Assembly: GCF_000009705.1 (NCBI RefSeq)
Contig: NC_003272.1
Span: forward strand, 2,850,001-2,882,000
DNA from: Nostoc sp. PCC 7120 = FACHB-418
Lineage (GTDB): Bacteria; Cyanobacteriota; Cyanobacteriia; Cyanobacteriales; Nostocaceae
Length of the DNA stretch: 32,000 nucleotides
Reading direction: 5' to 3'
Position numbers and translations under genes: made by a program. This document shows positions 26,582 to 32,000 of this stretch, piece after piece (the stretch's first letter is position 1; each line of letters opens with the position of its first letter). The notes under the pieces were generated by a model. It made no database searches. It had not been told where the DNA came from and saw nothing but the letters and a program-made list of their open reading frames with translations.

Positions 26582-27613
26582 GTGAATTTATTATTTAAAG
26601 ACCTTTTCGGAATATTTAAAATTTTTGAAGATGTTTATGAACGAATCAGAAAAATATTAATACCAACCACAGCTTATTCTTGGCAGACATTCATTTACTT
26701 GAGTGTGTTTTCTTGGATAATGTCTTATTTTGCTACAGGTTATATCAGAGATATAATTGCTCTTTGCGGTTGGTTATTTTTAATTGCAGGTACAGCTTGG
26801 TACACAACTGATGACCCCTTAAGAGTTCCTGGTACTTTCATGCCAGTAGGCGCAGTGATTACAGGATTTTTAGTTAGTGTGTTTGCTTTTAGTAATCAGG
26901 AAGATGTTATTACATCTAGAACAATAGTCCTTTGGCCGACAATATCAGCATTAATCACAGCAATTCCTGAATTTATTGAAGGGAGCGACACTGACTCTAA
27001 AACTCGGATTCCTAAACCAGATGCTCGACAAAAAATCATTGTTTTAGTTGCCAGTTGTATGATGATCAGTTGCTGGCTTCAGTTTTACTTTGTTTTGGAT
27101 AAATGGTTACAAGAATATCCTAGTTTATTAGCTGAAAACTTTGGGCGTAGTACTTTTGTCATTACTAGAGAAGAGCAACAAAAAATTCCTACTAATGGAG
27201 TTGTAATTTTGGATAGACTGCAACCATTAGTTGAGGAACAAATTGCTGAAAGACCTTGGTCAGAGGTTGAAAGATGGCTTCTGGAAGCAAATGTTAGAGT
27301 TGGTCAATTAGGTAGGGAAGTGTTAGATAATAATTTGGCACAATATGAAGAAAAAGTACTCTGGCGTGTTGAACCGCGTGTAGTCAATAATAAGTCAGGC
27401 TACAGGTTAGATTTACTCAGTATTTGGACAGGCCCGACTGCTAATCCCCGTGGTTATTTTCTGCGGAAATCATGCCAAATTGACCCAGTGGCAACAACGC
27501 CAATTAATACTACTACTAACAGTAGAATACCGGAGGAGAAAAAAGCCGTTGCAGAAATACAATGCGATCGCTTGAATAAATTATTCTCAGGTGCAGCGCC
27601 ACCGCAGCAGTGA
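26582..27613 (+). CDS. fraD: Filament integrity protein FraD
   Basis: 343 aa, with N-terminal TM segments and a soluble C-terminal part. Identified by position in the cluster. Confidence 0.7.
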   Translation: MNLLFKDLFGIFKIFEDVYERIRKILIPTTAYSWQTFIYLSVFSWIMSYFATGYIRDIIALCGWLFLIAGTAWYTTDDPLRVPGTFMPVGAVITGFLVSVFAFSNQEDVITSRTIVLWPTISALITAIPEFIEGSDTDSKTRIPKPDARQKIIVLVASCMMISCWLQFYFVLDKWLQEYPSLLAENFGRSTFVITREEQQKIPTNGVVILDRLQPLVEEQIAERPWSEVERWLLEANVRVGQLGREVLDNNLAQYEEKVLWRVEPRVVNNKSGYRLDLLSIWTGPTANPRGYFLRKSCQIDPVATTPINTTTNSRIPEEKKAVAEIQCDRLNKLFSGAAPPQQ

Positions 27614-28413
27614 GGGAATGGGTAATGGGGAGAATGACTATGATGAGAACTTTTGTAATTGCTAAGAATGTATTTCAGGAAGTGGTACGCGATCGCATCC
27701 TGTATATTATCGGTTTTTATGTTTTGCTGTTGGCTGTAGCTATTCGGGCTTTGCCTGAGTTTGCTGCATCAACTGAAGATAAAATGTTTCTAGATTTCGG
27801 TTTGGTGGCGATGAGTTTCATCAGTTTAATTATCGCTGTCTTTGTGGGTACAGGATTGATTAATAAGGAAATAGATAAAAGGACTATTTTGTTATTAATT
27901 GCTAAACCTGTAAGCCGTGGAGAAATTGTCACGGGGAAATTTTTTGGTTTATCGTCCGTACTGGCTGTTTTAGTTGTCAGTATGACGGCAATTTATTTAC
28001 TCTTTTTGCAGTTTGGGAATATTCCCCACACAACGCCGAGTATTTTAATTGCCGTCTTGTTTCTATGTTTGCAGTTATCTTTGATGACGGCTGTAGCTAT
28101 TACCTTTGGGGTTTTTACTAGCTCCTTACTGGCTATAGCTTTAACTTTTGCCGTGTATCTCGTGGGCAATATTACCCAAAATATAGTAGAGTTTAGCCGC
28201 CTTAGTCGTAACCCTGCTATGGAAGGTATTAGTCAGATTTTGTATCTGATATTGCCAGATTTATCTCGATTAGATTTAAAAAATGATGCTGTTTATGGTC
28301 TACAAGCACTACCTGACACGATCGCACTCATGGGTAATGCTGTCTATGGTTTTGTTTATATTGCCATGTTATTGGCGATCGCTATTTCCCTTTTTTCACG
28401 CCGGGAGTTTTAA
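27610..28413 (+). CDS. fraE: FraE, ABC-2 permease-like membrane protein
   Basis: Overlaps the fraD stop (GTGA). Six hydrophobic segments. Confidence 0.7.
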   Translation: MREWVMGRMTMMRTFVIAKNVFQEVVRDRILYIIGFYVLLLAVAIRALPEFAASTEDKMFLDFGLVAMSFISLIIAVFVGTGLINKEIDKRTILLLIAKPVSRGEIVTGKFFGLSSVLAVLVVSMTAIYLLFLQFGNIPHTTPSILIAVLFLCLQLSLMTAVAITFGVFTSSLLAIALTFAVYLVGNITQNIVEFSRLSRNPAMEGISQILYLILPDLSRLDLKNDAVYGLQALPDTIALMGNAVYGFVYIAMLLAIAISLFSRREF

Positions 28414-28414
28414 A

Positions 28415-29083
28415 TCATTCCCAAATCACTATTTGGGGATTGCAGATTTTGCCATCAGGCATAATGGTATCGCGTAATTTAGCGAAAGCTATTGTTGTTC
28501 CTTCTAGGTTGGCATTAGTTAAGTTAGCTTTGGTCAAATTTGCCCATCTCAGATCAGTGTTAGTGAAGTTGACCTCTGTTAAATTAGCTTCCAGTAGTGT
28601 GGCTCCAGATAACTTTGCATCTGTCAAATTGGCTCTGGATAAATTGCCCTCAATTAAAGATGCTTCTACTAATGTGCCTTGAGTGAGGTCAGCTTCACGT
28701 AAATCAGCCGCGCATAAAGAAGCACCCCAAAGATTAATATTACGGCATTGCGATCGCCATAACAAAGCTCCACACAAATTTGCTTGTGTTAAATCGGCAT
28801 CTGTCAAATTAGCTTCTGATAAAATAGCTTCATACAACTTAGCCTCACGCAAATTAGCCTGCATTAAGTTTGCTCCAGTCAGGTTTGCACCCGTAAGAAT
28901 ACAGCCAAACAAATTGGCAAAACTTAAATCTGCTCCGATTAAGTTAACACCACTTAAATCAACTGTACTTAAATCAATTCCACTCAAATTACAGCCATTA
29001 AAATCTCGACGCTGACAAAGTTTATCTTTGATTTGACTCAGGAGTAATGCTTGTGGTTCAGCAAAATTTCTCATGTTATTCAC
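28415..29083 (-). CDS. fraF: Pentapeptide-repeat protein FraF
   Basis: Continuous A(D/N)LXX repeats. Convergent with fraE. Confidence 0.75.
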   Translation of the reverse strand: MNNMRNFAEPQALLLSQIKDKLCQRRDFNGCNLSGIDLSTVDLSGVNLIGADLSFANLFGCILTGANLTGANLMQANLREAKLYEAILSEANLTDADLTQANLCGALLWRSQCRNINLWGASLCAADLREADLTQGTLVEASLIEGNLSRANLTDAKLSGATLLEANLTEVNFTNTDLRWANLTKANLTNANLEGTTIAFAKLRDTIMPDGKICNPQIVIWE

Positions 29084-29160
29084 CTGCGAGTGTCAATGAG
29101 CGAACAAGACTATTATGAAAGATACTGTATAACGAGATTACACCCTGAGAGCTAAATGAA

Positions 29161-29202
29161 CATAGCAAAATTTTCCTAAAAAATGGAATTTATTTTGCTA
29201 TG
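29161..29202. terminator. Long AU-rich stem-loop between the MltA-like gene end and the fraF start
   Basis: CATAGCAAAAT (29161-29171) / ATTTTGCTATG (29192-29202), with an inner TTCC/GGAA extension. There is no clear U-tract. Confidence 0.35.
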
Positions 29203-29349
29203 CTGCAAAATGCCTTGAGTTCAGCTATTTTAACAACATAGATAGCTGATCAAAGTCATGAAACACTAATAATGAGCAAGGTGATGGGGAATTGATGACG
29301 AGAAAATCAGCACTCATCACTCATAGACTAGTTATGCTAAGTTTAGGTT

Positions 29350-30714
29350 TCACTTTTTCACCAAAAAATATGCTGTGGCATATTCAGGTAACTGCCTAAT
29401 ATATTGCCTAAAAGAGTTTTGGTTGGGGAAAATTCCAGCTAAATAATCGAGTTGGTATAAATTAGGTAAAAATGCTCCGCCTGTATCTGCAATAACTCCC
29501 ATTTGTAATTGCTTACGTCCACCTTGCGTATGCTCTAACAAAACTACTCTGCCTAAACCAATATTTAAAACATCTCCGGCAAAAGTAACTCCTGGTTTAA
29601 CGGAAATTTTAGCGTCTATCTTGTGTCCGTAGCCTTTAATTGCATCAACTTGCCGAAAATACCAATAACGCTTTTGTGATGTTGCTTTTAATCCACGGAC
29701 ATAAGACATCCCGTTATTTCTATCAACGTTAAAAAAGGCTCTAGAACCATCAGTAAAATTTATGAGAATTGTCCCTTGCATTAAGGCTTCTTCGAGTCCA
29801 TTCCTGGTTAAATAAGCCAGAGGTTTAACTTTTCCAAATTCTTTACCTCCCGGTTCATAAATGCCAGATAAAACATCCTGTTTTGTATATCTGGTATAGA
29901 ATTTGTCGGCAATATTATTGTCTTTTAAACTATAAATGGGTGTGTTAAAAGTTGCTGTGCGTTTTCGAGATCCTGGGTGAGTAAATACAGCATATTTTGT
30001 CAACCTCAGTTGCTTTTGTACCGGATTTTCAGGGTTATATGCTGTCCATTTAATAACTCGGAAGTTACGGTTGATAAAGTTGGGATTTTGTAAGCGAGTG
30101 ATGCGATTTTTGGCGATGTCTTCTTTGAGGACTTCAATCATGAAGTCTAGAGTTTTGAGGATATCTTCTGTGGTGACTTTTTGTGTACTGAGTAATCCGG
30201 GACGTAAAATATCAGGGTCTTCTGAACCGTGTTCTTGAAAATATTGCCTTGTATTGACGAGGACTGTTAATAAATCTGATTGATTAACATTAACTTTAGC
30301 CGTCGGTAATTGTACTGGAGACAAAATTTGATTACCATTGACGCTAAATTTATACTTTCTCCACTCATCAATAATAGGATAAGTAATAGATGTTGTGGCT
30401 ACATTGGGAATTGAGTTAGGCGTATTTTGCGGCGTTATATTTTGGGAAGATATTCCCGCCTGATTGATTCCTGTTTTCTGCCCCAAAGGGGTATTTATTG
30501 GGGGATTGTGAATAGCAGATTGAGTTACCCTGGGTTGAGATTTATTAGCTATTACCTGTTGATTTAAGTCGAAACTTTTATCATCCAGAGATTTTTGGTC
30601 TGGCTGTTTAGCTTGGGAGTAACTATCATATATAGTACTACTCGCTATACCCACCAGTGATAAAGCTGCAACACCTAGCAAGAGTCTCATTTTTGGGCTG
30701 AACAGGATACTCAT
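29350..30714 (-). CDS. MltA-like lytic murein transglycosylase (3D domain) with a low-complexity N-terminal region
   Basis: Signal peptide. C-terminal GVIADTGGAF 3D-domain motif. Confidence 0.7.
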   Translation of the reverse strand: MSILFSPKMRLLLGVAALSLVGIASSTIYDSYSQAKQPDQKSLDDKSFDLNQQVIANKSQPRVTQSAIHNPPINTPLGQKTGINQAGISSQNITPQNTPNSIPNVATTSITYPIIDEWRKYKFSVNGNQILSPVQLPTAKVNVNQSDLLTVLVNTRQYFQEHGSEDPDILRPGLLSTQKVTTEDILKTLDFMIEVLKEDIAKNRITRLQNPNFINRNFRVIKWTAYNPENPVQKQLRLTKYAVFTHPGSRKRTATFNTPIYSLKDNNIADKFYTRYTKQDVLSGIYEPGGKEFGKVKPLAYLTRNGLEEALMQGTILINFTDGSRAFFNVDRNNGMSYVRGLKATSQKRYWYFRQVDAIKGYGHKIDAKISVKPGVTFAGDVLNIGLGRVVLLEHTQGGRKQLQMGVIADTGGAFLPNLYQLDYLAGIFPNQNSFRQYIRQLPEYATAYFLVKK

Positions 30715-31108
30715 AAATTGCCAACAAATTTCCCAATACTAATTTGATAGTGCGCTTTTAAGGCATTTGACAGGGCATCAAAGCTCTCCCACTTCTAGGG
30801 AGAAAGTCAGCCTAACGTCACATTATAACCTGCATACTGATGACTAAACTTTCATTCCTATTCTTGAACATTTGACTATAGTCTGTCTACTAGCCAATAT
30901 AAACACTCAGTAATTGAGGGAAAATGCAGATTGCTGAGGAATCTCTCTTCAGATTCATGAAAAATTGTTTGTATTTTCTGACGATCGCAATCATATATTC
31001 TTGTCGGTTTGTCAATTACTAAGTTATACACATAGAGAATCACACACTACTGTTAAGAATTACACTTGGCAGTTTAATTATCCGGATACAGAAATACCTG
31101 AAAACAAA

Positions 31109-32000
31109 ATGTTAAGTATCCCTATTAATCAACATTTACCTTATACACCTCGTTTGGTGACATCCTTACCGGGGCCTAGAGCTAAAGCAATTGTAGAACG
31201 CGATCGCGCTGTTACTTCTCCTTCTTATACCCGCGACTATCCCTTGGTGGTGAATCGTGGTGAAGGCTGCATGGTGGAAGATGTAGACGGCAATGTATTT
31301 TTAGACATGACAGCAGGTATCGCCGTTACCTCCACCGGACACGCCCACCCAGAAGTAGTTAGGGCCATTCAAGAACAGTCGGCGCGTCTCATACATATGT
31401 CGGGGACGGATTTCTATTATGAGCCGATGGTGGAACTAGCCGAAAACCTAGCCAGCCAAGCCCCTTTTGTTCACGATACAAAGGTATTCTTCACCAATTC
31501 CGGTGCTGAGTCCAACGAAGGAGCCATTAAACTAGCTCGATATTACACCAAGCGATCGCTCATCATTGCTTTTTTAGGCGCATTCCACGGGCGCACCTAT
31601 GGGGCTATGTCTTTGACTGGTTCTAAAACTGTACAGCGTGCCAATTTCGGGCCGTTAGTACCAGGAGTGACTCACATTCCCTACGGCACTCACGCCAGCC
31701 TAGATTACCTAGAAAATAATTTATTGACTACAATTATCCCTGCCCATGAAGTAGCAGCCATTGTCGTTGAACCAATCCAGGGAGAAGGCGGTTATATCGT
31801 GCCAGAGGATGGATTTTTGCAGAGAATCCGTAATATCTGCGATCGCTATGGCATATTAATGGTAGTTGATGAAGTGCAATCAGGCATGGGGCGCACCGGA
31901 CGCTTATTTGCCATTGAGCATTGGAATGTCACACCTGATATTATTACCACCGCCAAAGGTATCGCTAGCGGTATGCCTTTAGGCGCAATTTTAGCCCGTG
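31109..32000 (+). CDS. Class-III pyridoxal-phosphate aminotransferase (acetylornithine/GABA aminotransferase-like), 3' end outside the window
   Basis: The hand-read frame from ATG 31109 stays open to the window end. Motifs FFTNSGAESNEGAIKLAR, EPIQGEGG and DEVQSGMGRTG. Confidence 0.85.
   Translation, partial: MLSIPINQHLPYTPRLVTSLPGPRAKAIVERDRAVTSPSYTRDYPLVVNRGEGCMVEDVDGNVFLDMTAGIAVTSTGHAHPEVVRAIQEQSARLIHMSGTDFYYEPMVELAENLASQAPFVHDTKVFFTNSGAESNEGAIKLARYYTKRSLIIAFLGAFHGRTYGAMSLTGSKTVQRANFGPLVPGVTHIPYGTHASLDYLENNLLTTIIPAHEVAAIVVEPIQGEGGYIVPEDGFLQRIRNICDRYGILMVVDEVQSGMGRTGRLFAIEHWNVTPDIITTAKGIASGMPLGAILAR

Noticed and set aside
28440-29015. Two plus-strand ORFs antisense to fraF with repetitive KLA/VKL content.
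   Set aside because: They are a mirror translation of the pentapeptide repeats. The minus-strand frame gives the canonical A(D/N)LXX pattern.
31081-31086. TCCGGA (the DIF1 heterocyst-promoter motif) upstream of the aminotransferase gene.
   Set aside because: It lies only 23 nt before the ATG, so a -35 role would put the TSS inside the coding region. It is a single hexamer with no supporting -10.

Overview
This window looks like chromosomal DNA from a filamentous, heterocyst-forming cyanobacterium of the Nostoc/Anabaena type. Three things support that. The HIP1 octamer GCGATCGC occurs roughly once per kb in the genes. STRR-type heptamer and octamer arrays fill several intergenic spacers. A fraC-fraD-fraE operon sits with a convergent pentapeptide-repeat fraF. 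Most of the window is housekeeping: trxA, infC, an ABC-2 exporter pair, PrxQ peroxiredoxin, cobQ plus a small 2Fe-2S ferredoxin, a 1344-aa CBS/PAS hybrid histidine kinase, zeta-carotene desaturase plus an SRPBCC protein, an IscA/HesB protein, a TPR protein, an SDR-type epimerase, a two-domain CobO-like adenosyltransferase, an MltA-like transglycosylase and a partial class-III aminotransferase. I found no rRNA, tRNA, CRISPR array, transposase, integrase or recognisable defence gene. The parts not explained by ordinary genes are listed here. (1) A 2.7 kb ORF-poor, AT-rich, HIP1-free island (17328-20020) holds an untracked 58-aa ribbon-helix-helix gene, SD-preceded mini-ORFs and a block of dispersed repeats. 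(2) A small-gene islet (2300-4460) carries a tight three-gene operon of unknown function. (3) A translationally coupled 58-aa/60-aa gene pair lies at 23192-23547. (4) Short tandem repeats arranged as near-complementary inverted arms recur exactly in gene-to-gene spacers. (5) Several MITE-like elements have terminal inverted repeats and apparent target-site duplications. No candidate can be given a function from sequence alone, and all novelty claims are hypotheses that need database and transcriptome checks.
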